A DNA stretch of 64,000 nucleotides from Gammaproteobacteria bacterium (GTDB taxonomy: Bacteria; Pseudomonadota; Gammaproteobacteria; Burkholderiales; SG8-39): positions 39,127-103,126 of the forward strand of contig JBGQFD010000001.1 in the NCBI GenBank assembly GCA_041496705.1, read 5' to 3'. The position numbers and the translations under genes were made by a program. Position 1 is the first letter of the stretch; every line of letters starts with the position of its first letter. This document shows, in pieces, positions 36,185 to 45,800 of the stretch. Below the pieces are notes generated by a model. That model was not told the origin of the DNA. It saw only the letters and a list, made by a program, of their open reading frames with translations, and ran no database searches.

Positions 36185-37255
36185 ATGGGCAGCAAATACA
36201 AAATTCTCATCATGGGCGCCTCGTACGGTTCGCTTCTCGCAACCAAGCTGGCGCTCGCCGGGCACGCGACGCATCTCATCTGCCTGCCGGCCGAAGCCGA
36301 GCTGATCAACAAGGAAGGCGCAATCGTTCGCATGCCGGTAAAGGGGCGCGAGGGGCTGGTCGAGATCAACTCCAGGAACCTGCCGGGCAAGATATCCGCC
36401 GGCGGCACCACGGGCGTCAATCCTTCCGATTACGATCTGGTGGCACTCGCCATGCAGGAACCGCAGTACCGTTCGCCGGGCGTGCGCGAGCTGCTCGCCG
36501 CGGTCGCCAAGTCCAGGGTGCCGTGCATGTCGATCATGAACATGCCGCCGCTGACGTATCTCAAGCGCATTCCGGGCGTCGACGTCGAGGCCTGCCGCAG
36601 CTGCTACACCGACGCCAGCGTCTGGGATACGTTCGACCCCAAGGTCATGACGCTGTGCAGCCCGGACCCGCAGGCGTTCCGCCCGCCGGAGGAAAAGGTG
36701 AACGTCCTGCAGGTGAGGCTGCCGACCAACTTCAAGTCGGCGCGCTTCGATTCGGAAGCGCACACGGCGATCCTGCGCCAGATCGAGTCGGACATCGAAG
36801 CCTCGCGCTTCGACACGGGTACTGGAAAGATCGAGTTGCCCGTCAAGCTCAAGGTCCACGACTCGGTGTTCGTGCCGCTCGCCAAGTGGGCGATGCTCGT
36901 CGCCGGAAACTACCGCTGCGTGCTGAAGGACAGCGTGCGCCCCATCAAAGACGCCGTGCACAGCGACCTCGAAGCCTCGCGCTCCGTCTACAACTGGGTG
37001 GTCAAGCTGTGCGTGAGGCTGGGAGCGAACGAGAAAGACCTGGTGCCGTTCGAGAAATACGCCAACGCGGCCTTGTCGCTGGGCAGCCCGTCCTCCGCGG
37101 CACGGGCGCTCGCCGCCGGCGCACCTAACATCGAGCGTGTCGACCGGCTGGTGAAGACTATAGCGGCACAGAAAGGCATGCACTCCGAAGTCCTCGATCA
37201 GACCGTTGCGCTGGTCGATGGCTGGCTGGAGAAAAACCGCAGAAAGGCCGCCTGA
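36185..37255 (+). CDS. ketopantoate-reductase-family-like NAD(P)-binding oxidoreductase, function unknown
   Basis: 356 aa starting at an internal Met with AGGAGG upstream. Rossmann N-terminus KILIMGASYGSLLATKLA. Overall ApbA/PanE-like architecture judged by eye. Confidence 0.6.
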   Translation: MGSKYKILIMGASYGSLLATKLALAGHATHLICLPAEAELINKEGAIVRMPVKGREGLVEINSRNLPGKISAGGTTGVNPSDYDLVALAMQEPQYRSPGVRELLAAVAKSRVPCMSIMNMPPLTYLKRIPGVDVEACRSCYTDASVWDTFDPKVMTLCSPDPQAFRPPEEKVNVLQVRLPTNFKSARFDSEAHTAILRQIESDIEASRFDTGTGKIELPVKLKVHDSVFVPLAKWAMLVAGNYRCVLKDSVRPIKDAVHSDLEASRSVYNWVVKLCVRLGANEKDLVPFEKYANAALSLGSPSSAARALAAGAPNIERVDRLVKTIAAQKGMHSEVLDQTVALVDGWLEKNRRKAA

Positions 37256-39794
37256 TTCAGGCGCTGATTCTCCTATCACTGCCGCGGTTGCCCGTGATAG
37301 CCTTTTCACGGAGAGGGACCGCGCAGTCGTGCTCGAAAGAATAGGCAAGTACGAGATCCGCCTGCAGATCGGACGCGGTGCGATGGGCATCGTGTACGAA
37401 GGTTTCGACCCGGCGATCGGCCGGCGCGTGGCGATCAAGACGCTGCGCACCGAAATGTTCGAGCCGAGCCAGCTCCCCAGCGTGCTTGCCCGCTTCAAGC
37501 GCGAAGCGCAGTCGGCGGGGCGCCTCTCGCATCCCCACATCGTCACCATCCACGATTACGGCGAAGAACAAGGCACGCCGTACATCGTGATGGAGTACAT
37601 CTCCGGCGACGAGCTGGGCCGCCAGCTCGAACGCGGCTCTCGGCTTAAGCCCGACCAAGTGGTGCGCATCATGACCGCGCTCCTCGCGGCGCTCGCGCAC
37701 GCGCACGAACACGGGGTCATTCACCGCGACCTCAAGCCCTCGAACATGTTCGTACTGAACGACGGCTCGCTCAAGGTCGTGGACTTCGGCATCGCGCGGG
37801 TCGAGGCCTCCGACCTCACCGACACCGGCACGACGCTCGGCACCCCCGCCTACATGTCTCCGGAGCAGTTCCTCGCACTTCCGGTGGATGCGCGCAGCGA
37901 CCTCTACTCGGCGGGCGTCATCCTCTACCAGCTCCTTACCGGCGACAAGCCGTTCACCGGCTCGATCACCGCCATCATGCAGAAGGTGCTGCACCAGCAG
38001 CCGATCGAGCCCTCGGTCCTGAACCCGACGCTCTCGAATGTCTGGGACGCCGTGGTGCTGCGGGCGATGGCGAAAAAGCCCGAGGCGCGCTACCAGAGCG
38101 CGCGGGAATTCCTCGAGGCGGTGAAGGCGGCACAGGCGGCGGAGCGCGGGGAACCGGTCGCCACCCCAGCGCACGCGGCCGCGCCGCAGGGCGGGCGCGA
38201 GGACGAACGTACGATCCGCGTGCGGCCGGGACCGGATCCCGAGGCGACATTGCCCTCGCTGCCGGCAGCGGAAGGCAGCCGGGCGGGCGAAGCACCGCGC
38301 TCGCGCAAGGGGCTCGCCATCGCCGCGGGGCTCATCGCCCTCCTCGGACTCGGCGCAGGGCTCGTCTATCTGCGCAACGACTCCGACCGCACGTCGATCG
38401 AGCGCGCGCGCCAGGCAGCGGAGCGCCGCGCCGCCGACGCGGAAGAGCGCGCGAGGAAGGAATCCGAGCGCGCGAACCAGGAAGCGCTAGCGCGGGCGAA
38501 GACCGAAGCGGCGCGCAGCGAAGACCAGCGACGCGAGGCCGAGGCGGCCAAGGCGCGTGCCCGCAAGGAGGCGGAACGGGCGAAGCAAGAGACCGACGCG
38601 AGGGCCAAAGCCGAGGCCGATCGCAGGGAAGAGGAGCTTCGCCGCGAGGCGGACGCGGCCAAGGCGCGCGCCGCGGAAATCGCGCGCAAGGAAGCAGAAG
38701 AAAAGACGAGGCTGGCGGCGCTGCGGGCGGACGAGGCAAAGCGCAAAGCCGCCTCCGCGGCACTGGCGAAAAAGGAGGCCGATGACAGAGCAAGGGATGC
38801 CGCAAGGAAGGCGGACGCGGCGAGAAAGGCCGAGGAAGCCCGCAAGGCGGAAAAAGCGCGCGCCGAGCAGGCCCTGCGCGACAAGTACAAGGCGGGAAGC
38901 GGACTCCGCGACTGCATCGACTGCCCGCAAATGGTGGTGATTCCCGCCGGCGAATTCACGATGGGTTCGCCGGCGTCGGAGGCCGGGCGCTTCGACCATG
39001 AGAGCCCGCAGCACGCCGTGCGGATCGCACAGACGTTTGCGCTGGGGCAGAGCGAAGTCACGTTTGCCCAGTTCGAACGATTCGTAACGGAGGCCGGATA
39101 CAAGACCGAGGCTGAGCGCGACGTCGGCAAGGCGGGATGCCTCGGGTTCAACTTTTCCGATCGAACGGCTACCAAGGACGACTGGCTGGCGGGAAGGAGC
39201 TGGCGCAACCCCGGATTCGAGCAGACCTCCGACCGCGACCCGGTGGTCTGCGTGAGTTGGAACGACGCGAAAGCGTACGTTCGCTGGCTATCGACAAAAA
39301 CCGGGAAGACCTATAGATTGCCGACCGAGGCGGAATGGGAGTATGCCGCGCGCGCCGGGACGAAAACCGCGCGCTACTGGGGCGACGATCCCAATCAAGC
39401 GTGCCTCTATGCGAACGTAGCCGATCAGAGCACCTACAGGACAGGGGTGGGGCCGAGCGCGAAGACCTGGTCGCGCTCGAGCGCGCGCAGGCACGAATGC
39501 AACGACGGCAGATACTTCACCGCACCGGTCGGCTCGTACCGGGCGAACGGCTTCGGGCTGTACGACGTGCTGGGGAACGCGTGGGAATGGACCGAGGATT
39601 GCTGGAACGCAAGCTATACGGGTGCTCCGGCCGACGGCACGGCCTGGCTGACCGGAGATTGTTCCCGACGCGTGCTCCGCGGCAATTCCTGGGTCCAGGA
39701 ACCGCGCTACGCACGCTCGGCGAACCGCGACCGGGGCCCTTCCGATTTGCGGCGCACCGGTAGCGGTTTCCGTGTTGCCAGAACGCTCGAATGA
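37206..39794 (+). CDS. Hanks-type Ser/Thr kinase - TM - charged coiled coil - FGE-sulfatase (SUMF1-like) domain fusion
   Basis: Kinase motifs GRGAMGIVY, VAIK, HRDLKPSNM, DFGIA and SPEQ. TM helix LAIAAGLIALLGLGAGLVYL. FGE-domain motifs include WEYAARAG, GNAWEWTEDCW and RGNSW. The true start may be the GTG at 37329 (VLERIGKYEI), which would remove the 50-nt overlap with the previous gene. Confidence 0.85.
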   Translation: MRWSMAGWRKTAERPPDSGADSPITAAVARDSLFTERDRAVVLERIGKYEIRLQIGRGAMGIVYEGFDPAIGRRVAIKTLRTEMFEPSQLPSVLARFKREAQSAGRLSHPHIVTIHDYGEEQGTPYIVMEYISGDELGRQLERGSRLKPDQVVRIMTALLAALAHAHEHGVIHRDLKPSNMFVLNDGSLKVVDFGIARVEASDLTDTGTTLGTPAYMSPEQFLALPVDARSDLYSAGVILYQLLTGDKPFTGSITAIMQKVLHQQPIEPSVLNPTLSNVWDAVVLRAMAKKPEARYQSAREFLEAVKAAQAAERGEPVATPAHAAAPQGGREDERTIRVRPGPDPEATLPSLPAAEGSRAGEAPRSRKGLAIAAGLIALLGLGAGLVYLRNDSDRTSIERARQAAERRAADAEERARKESERANQEALARAKTEAARSEDQRREAEAAKARARKEAERAKQETDARAKAEADRREEELRREADAAKARAAEIARKEAEEKTRLAALRADEAKRKAASAALAKKEADDRARDAARKADAARKAEEARKAEKARAEQALRDKYKAGSGLRDCIDCPQMVVIPAGEFTMGSPASEAGRFDHESPQHAVRIAQTFALGQSEVTFAQFERFVTEAGYKTEAERDVGKAGCLGFNFSDRTATKDDWLAGRSWRNPGFEQTSDRDPVVCVSWNDAKAYVRWLSTKTGKTYRLPTEAEWEYAARAGTKTARYWGDDPNQACLYANVADQSTYRTGVGPSAKTWSRSSARRHECNDGRYFTAPVGSYRANGFGLYDVLGNAWEWTEDCWNASYTGAPADGTAWLTGDCSRRVLRGNSWVQEPRYARSANRDRGPSDLRRTGSGFRVARTLE
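38390..38900 (+). repeat. low-complexity K/E/A/R-rich coding region (TolA-like charged helix)
   Basis: About 170 codons of AERRAADAEERARKESERANQEALARAKTEAA... with degenerate internal periodicity, inside the kinase-FGE gene. Confidence 0.7.
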
Positions 39795-39819
39795 CTCTTA
39801 TTTTTCCGTTCCCCAAGAG

Positions 39820-40479
39820 TCAGCCGAACACCATCACCGTGATCGACGGCATGCGCGAAACCTGCAAATTGACGTCGAAAAAGTAGTACTGCAGGTACGC
39901 CAGCACCAGGGCGAGCAGCATGAACGCCTGCCTCGCAATCATTCGCCGGCTGGCCGCGTTCGCGGTCCCGAGTTTTCCCGCGAGAAAGCCATGGAGAAAC
40001 CGGCGAATCGTCTGCCCCGGCCGTTTCGCTGACGGCGCTTCCGTCACCACGCCCTGAATCGACGTGCCGGTCCCCTCGGTCGGCGTGACCGGCTTCGGCG
40101 GCGGTTCGGCGCGGATCAGCTCGACGAGCGAGTCGTGCAGGTGGCGGCATACGGCGCGCGCCCTCTCAAGCTTGGCGTCCGACTCGGCCACCTTGGCGTG
40201 CGCCTCGGCCCGGTCGGTGACCGCCTGGGCGAGGTCGGCCTTCGCCCTGGCGAGCGCGCCTTCAACATCCTGCCGCTTGCCCATGAGCCCTCGTTTCGTC
40301 TGCCGCGGCCGTTTCGCGCGTGCCTTCTCGAGCTTGGCGTCCGCCTCGGCCACGTTGGCGTGCGCCTTGGCTCGGTCGGTGACCGCCTGGGCGAGGTCGG
40401 CCTCCGCCCTGGCGAGCGCGCTTTCAACATCCTGCCGTTTCCCCATGAGTCCTCTTTGCAAGAGCCGTACATATACCAC
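39820..40479 (-). CDS. tail-anchored coiled-coil protein of unknown function
   Basis: 219 aa with two tandem 54-aa helical repeats and a single C-terminal TM helix (FMLLALVLAYLQYYFF). An alternative start is Met12 (MGKRQD). Confidence 0.55.
   Translation of the reverse strand: MVYVRLLQRGLMGKRQDVESALARAEADLAQAVTDRAKAHANVAEADAKLEKARAKRPRQTKRGLMGKRQDVEGALARAKADLAQAVTDRAEAHAKVAESDAKLERARAVCRHLHDSLVELIRAEPPPKPVTPTEGTGTSIQGVVTEAPSAKRPGQTIRRFLHGFLAGKLGTANAASRRMIARQAFMLLALVLAYLQYYFFDVNLQVSRMPSITVMVFG
40155..40449 (-). repeat. intragenic tandem duplication, 2 x 162 bp
   Basis: Copies at about 40155-40287 and 40315-40449. I counted 8 mismatches over the ~119-bp core. They encode GLMGKRQDVE[S/G]ALARA[E/K]ADLAQAVTDRA[K/E]AHA[N/K]VAE[A/S]DAKLE[K/R]ARA. 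Confidence 0.85.
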
Positions 40480-40739
40480 AGCGTCATATGCGAATGTTAC
40501 AGCCCCTCTAGAATTCCTGTCGGGTTAACCCTGATACTCTTTGTCGGGTTATCCCGGATGGCGTGGCGCGGACGGACATCGCAAAATGAGTGTCGGCAAA
40601 TCGCGGCTCGTGGGGTCCGCAATGACCGGGGAAAGCGCGAGGCTCCTGGCGGCATTCACCGCATCTTCCACGCCTTCGACCGTCATTCCGTTGTTTCACC
40701 GTGGAAACCTGCGATCCGCTCATAGACACGAGGACGCTG

Positions 40740-42800
40740 ATGACCTATGAAGAGCGGTTGACTCGTTTGGCCCACCACTGGCGGATGTTCGTCTATGTAG
40801 TCAACGTCTGCCAGTTCAGCCTGCTGGTGCTGATCGCCGGCGCGGCGCTTCTGTTTGCAGGCCAGGGGCAAGACCTGCTGCTCAGCACTGCGGAGGATGA
40901 AAAGTACCTCGTGCTGGTGCTCAGCCTCCTGATGTGGGCCTTCAGCATCTGGCTGTGGACGCGCACCTTGCTGGAGATTCGTTTTCCCTCGACCCCGGCA
41001 GATGAGCCGGTGCTGCTCGCCAAGTACCGCAGCCGGACGCCGCGTGTGCTCGGATTGCTGCCCTTTGTTTTTGGCGCCTGGGCATTGTTCTCCGCCGGTG
41101 ATCCGGCCTCGCGCTACGTGTGGCTGACGCTGCTCGTAGGCGTCTTGTTCGCCGTGTTCGTGGTGTTCCGGCGCTGGGCCGGGCGCAAGGTGGCGGGCAT
41201 CGTTTCGCGTGCGCAGCCGCAGAAGAGCAGGTTGTGGGTGGACGAGATGGGGCAGGAACCCGTGCGAGAGAGCCTTTGGACGGGGTTGGGGACGTTGGAC
41301 TTTGCGGCGCTGTTGCTCCTGGTAGCAGGTATGGTGATGTTTCTCTGGGGCATGATCGATCCGCTCAGCATGGGCAATTACTTCAACGCGCTCGTCCTGC
41401 TCATGGCCTGGGGCGCCACCTTCCTGCCTCTCGGCAGTTTCATCAGCTACTACGCGAACCTCTGGCGGTTGCCGTTCGTGACGCTGCTCGTGGTGCTGGC
41501 GTTGGCGTCGAGCACGTGGAACGACAACCATGCGATCCGCCCGCTTGCCGGCGATGCGGCGGACAAGCGCATCACCGCCAGGGAAGCGCTCGACGCCTGG
41601 GCCAAGAAGCATTGCCCGCCCGAGGGCCCGGGCAAGGACTGCGGCGCTCTCGTCGTCGTGGCGACCGCCGGCGGCGGCATCCGCGCCGCGTACTGGACCG
41701 GCACCGTGCTCGGACATCTCGAGGAAAGGCTTGCGTCGTTTCACGACCGCGTGTTTGCGATCAGCGGCGTCTCCGGGGGCTCCGTCGGCGCGAGCGTCTA
41801 CCGTGCCGTCGTGGCAGGGGCGGATGCCAAGGGCTGCAAAGACACCGTACTCAAGTGCAGCAACGACGTGCTGTCGCGCGACTATCTCTCGCCGCTATCC
41901 GCCAATCTGCTCTATCGTGACCTGTTGCAGCGGTTCATCCCGGTGTCGCTACTGCCGGACCGGGCGCAGACGCTGGAGACCGCGTGGGAACGCGGTTTTG
42001 CGGAGGTCACCGGCACTCAAACGTTCAGCGAGTCGTTCGCTTCGCTCGGCCTGCCCGGCAAGACACCTTGGCCGGCGCTGTTTCTGAATGCCACCCGGTC
42101 GGAGAACGGCCGACGCATTATCGCTTCGACGGTGCGCATCGACAATGAACCCGCTTTCAAGCTCGCCAAAGACCAGCTGGACGTGCTCGGCTATGACGTT
42201 CGTCTTTCCAGCGCAGCGCACAACAGCGCGCGCTTTCCATTCGTGAGCCCAGCCGGCAGCTGGCACGAAGGCAAGGGTGAGGATAGGACTGCGGGAAAGA
42301 TACTCGGGCGCGTGCAGGACGGGGGCCTCTTCGAGAACTACGGTGCCGTCACGGCGCTCGAGATCCTCCAGCTCGCCGAGCAGCGACTCGCCAAGCGATA
42401 TACCCCGGTTGTGATACAGATCAGCAGCGATCCGACCTTGCCGGCCGATCTCGCCCCGAGCCCCGAGGGCCCTGTAAAGAACTTTGCGTACGAGGCCTTG
42501 ACCACGCTTCGTACGTTGTTCAATACCCGCGTCAGCCATGGCGAGGAAGCCGCAGTACAGCTGAAGGAGTGGGCCGAACGCAGGGGACGCTACGTGCACT
42601 TCCGCATGTGCGATCACACGCGCGAGAACCTCGATCCGCCTCTTGGCTGGGCGTTGTCGAAACACGCCGAGAAGACGATCGAGAGTTACCTGCTTGATAC
42701 CCTGGACGGCGACAAGCCGCCAAGCTGCCGTCCGGAAAACCAGGAAAACGTGCGGCAGCTGTGCACCTTGCTGGGTGCGAAGGCGGGGACATGTCGATGA
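40740..42800 (+). CDS. patatin-like phospholipase with N-terminal seven-TM domain
   Basis: 686 aa from the ATG (a GTG lies at 40701). Seven hydrophobic helices are followed by the oxyanion motif TAGGGIRAAYW, nucleophile elbow ISGVSGGS and catalytic Asp motif VQDGGLFENYG. Confidence 0.8.
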   Translation: MTYEERLTRLAHHWRMFVYVVNVCQFSLLVLIAGAALLFAGQGQDLLLSTAEDEKYLVLVLSLLMWAFSIWLWTRTLLEIRFPSTPADEPVLLAKYRSRTPRVLGLLPFVFGAWALFSAGDPASRYVWLTLLVGVLFAVFVVFRRWAGRKVAGIVSRAQPQKSRLWVDEMGQEPVRESLWTGLGTLDFAALLLLVAGMVMFLWGMIDPLSMGNYFNALVLLMAWGATFLPLGSFISYYANLWRLPFVTLLVVLALASSTWNDNHAIRPLAGDAADKRITAREALDAWAKKHCPPEGPGKDCGALVVVATAGGGIRAAYWTGTVLGHLEERLASFHDRVFAISGVSGGSVGASVYRAVVAGADAKGCKDTVLKCSNDVLSRDYLSPLSANLLYRDLLQRFIPVSLLPDRAQTLETAWERGFAEVTGTQTFSESFASLGLPGKTPWPALFLNATRSENGRRIIASTVRIDNEPAFKLAKDQLDVLGYDVRLSSAAHNSARFPFVSPAGSWHEGKGEDRTAGKILGRVQDGGLFENYGAVTALEILQLAEQRLAKRYTPVVIQISSDPTLPADLAPSPEGPVKNFAYEALTTLRTLFNTRVSHGEEAAVQLKEWAERRGRYVHFRMCDHTRENLDPPLGWALSKHAEKTIESYLLDTLDGDKPPSCRPENQENVRQLCTLLGAKAGTCR

Positions 42801-42895
42801 CGAGCGAAAGGAATACCGAAGGAGGACACAACGCGAGCAGACGCTGGAACGCGATTGCCACGGTGCCGTTAATGGATGCCTTAGAGCTCTGCCCC

Positions 42896-45800
42896 CTACG
42901 GATACAGCACCTCCACATTCTCCGGCCTCAACCACTCGTTCAGCGACTTCAGCAGCGCATCGTCCAGATTGACCCGCCAGCTCTCCCCTAGCTGCATCTC
43001 CACGCTAGCGCCGCCGTTGCGGTAGCACACCGCGACGGGACAGGGGCCATTCCGATACGGCTCCAGCAAGCTACGAAGTTTCGCCGATGCCGCCGCCCCC
43101 CCGGCAGAGGCCTCGCCGTTCATCGACAGCCGCACGCCCCGCGCGAACCGACTTCGTGCACCGGCCAAATCGTAGATCCTCTCCGCCGCGATGCGCATAA
43201 ACACGCTCTCGCCCTCCTCGCCCACCGAACGCCGCACGTTCCTCACTTTCGCCTCGATCACCACCAGCGCGTCCTCCTTCACCAGGTCGCGGTACTGGTC
43301 GAATACCTCGTTGTATACAGTCACCTCCTGGGTCGCGGTGCCGTCTGACAAATTGACGACGATCATGCGGCCGCCTTGCGTCTTCTGGAAGCGCAGCGAC
43401 TCGACGATGCCGGCGATGAGCTGGGTGTGCACGCCGCCGGCGCCCTCGACGGACGGTGCGAGGCTCTTCAGGCTGGTGCGCACGAAGCGGGAAACTTCCC
43501 CGCGCACCGCAGCGAACGGGTGCCCCGAAAGATAGAAGCCCAGGCTCGTCTTCTCCTCGCGCAGGCGCCGCGTCTCGTCCCAGCGTTCCGCGGCGACGAG
43601 CGCGATGCGCTGCTGCGATTCGCCGTCGGCCGCGCCGAACAGGTTCGTCTGCTGCGCGTGGCGCTCGGCCTGCTCGGCCGCCTCCATCGCCACGCCCACC
43701 GAGGCCAGCAGGCTCGCGCGGTGGTCGTTCAGCGAATCGAACGCACCGGCGCGCACCAGCGCCTCGACCGTGCGCCGGTTGACGGCGCGCTTGTCCACGC
43801 GCTCGCAGAAATCGAAGAGGTCGAGGAACGGACTGTCCTTCCTCGCCGCGAGAACCGCCGCGATCGCCGACTCGCCCGTGCCTTTCACCGCGCCCAGTCC
43901 ATAGCGTATCGTCTTTGCGTCCACCGGAACGAAGCGGTATTCCCCTGAGTTGATGTCGGGCGCGAGCACCTTCAGGCCGTTCCCGAGCGCGTCCTCGTGG
44001 AACTGGTGCACCTTGTCGGTGTCGTCCATCACCGCCGAGAGGTTGGCCGCCATGAACGCAGCGGAATAGTGCGCCTTTAGGAACGCGGTCTGGTAGGCGA
44101 TGAGCGCGTAGGCGGCGGCGTGCGACTTGTTGAAGCCGTAGCCGGCGAACTTCTCCATCAGGTCGAACAGAAGGATGGCTTTCGCGCGCGGCAGACGGTT
44201 CTTCTCCGCGCCGGCGACGAAGACATCCCGTTGCTGCGCCATTTCCTTCGCGTCCTTCTTGCCCATCGCGCGGCGCAAGAGGTCCGCGCCGCCGAGCGAA
44301 TAACCGCCCATCACTTGCGCGATCTGCATCACCTGCTCCTGGTACACCATGATCCCGTAAGTGGGTTTCAGGATGGGCTCCAGGCGCGGATCGAGATATT
44401 CGACGCGCTTGCCGTTCTTGCGTTCGACGAATTCTGGAATGAGCTCCATCGGCCCGGGCCGGTACAGGGCGACGAGCGCGATGATGTCCTCGAAGCGGTC
44501 GGGCCGGGCCCGCTTGACGAGGTCGCGCATGCCGCGCGATTCGAACTGGAATATCGCGGTGGTGTTGGCATTGGCGAACACCGCATACGCGCGAGGATCG
44601 TCGAGCGGGATCTTCTCCAGCGCGAACTCGGGTGAGCCCATCGCGCGAATGGACTGCACCGCCCAGTCGAGAATGGTGAGCGTGGTGAGACCGAGGAAGT
44701 CGAACTTCACCAGACCGATCCTCTCGACGTCCTTCATGTCGAACTGCGAGATCGTGCTCTCGGTCCCTTGAGCCGCGTACAACGGGCAGAAGTCGGTGAG
44801 CTTCCCCGGCGCGATCAGGACGCCGCCCGCGTGCATGCCGACGTTGCGGGTCAACCCCTCGAGCTGCCCGGCGAGTGCAAGCAGCGCGCGCGTCTCCTCC
44901 TCGGTCTTCTCGCGCTCGGCCAGGCGCGGTTCCATCTCGCGTGCGTCCTGCAGAGTGATGCGCTTGCCGGGCTGGAAGGGAATGAGCTTCGCCAACTCGT
45001 CGGTACGCGCGTAGCTCCATTCCATCACGCGGCCGACGTCGCGCACCACGGCGCGCGCGGCCATGGTGCCGAACGTGGCGATCTGCGAGACCGACTGCGC
45101 GCCGTACTTCTGCCTGACGTACTCGATCACGCGGTCGCGGCCGCGCTCGCAGAAGTCGATGTCGAAGTCCGGCATCGACACGCGCTCGGGGTTGAGGAAA
45201 CGCTCGAATAGGAGGTCGTACCGAAGGGGATCGAGATCGGTGATCCCGAGCGAATAGGCGACCAGCGACCCCGCGCCAGAGCCGCGCCCCGGGCCCACAG
45301 GCACGCCGTTCGACTTCGCCCAGTTGATGAAATCGGCGACGATGAGGAAGTAGCCGGCGAAGCCCATCTGCACGATGGTTTTCGTCTCGAGATCGAGACG
45401 CTGCCGGTAGCGCGGTTCCTCTTTCGCGCACCGTTCCGCGTCCGGGTAGAGCGCGGCGAGCCGCCGCTCGAGGCCCTGCCCGGCCGTATGCGCCAGATAA
45501 TCCTCCAGGCTCGCCCCACCGGGCGTGGGAAACTTCGGCAGCCGGCTCTTGCCCAAATCGAGGGACAGATTGCAGCGGCGCGCGATCTCCACTGAATTCG
45601 CGAGCGCCTCGGGCAGATCGGCGAAGCGCTCCGCCATCTGCGCCTGCGACAGGAAATAGCTGTCGCGCGTAAAGGCCCGCGGGCGGCGCTGGTCGCCGAG
45701 CACGTGCCCTTCGGCGATGCACACCCGCGCCTCGTGCGCGGTGAAGTCCTCGGGCTTCAGGAACTGCACCGGGTGGGTGGCGACCACGGGGAGTGAGCAC

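Noticed and set aside
38390-38900. Periodic-looking GC-rich DNA, considered as a tandem repeat or CRISPR-like array
   Set aside because: It lies in frame within the kinase-FGE gene and encodes a K/E/A/R low-complexity helix. There are no discrete repeat/spacer units.
38920-39794. FGE/C-type-lectin-fold C-terminal domain, considered as a diversity-generating retroelement target (variable region)
   Set aside because: There is no reverse transcriptase or accessory gene in the window, and I saw no template-repeat copy of the 3' end.
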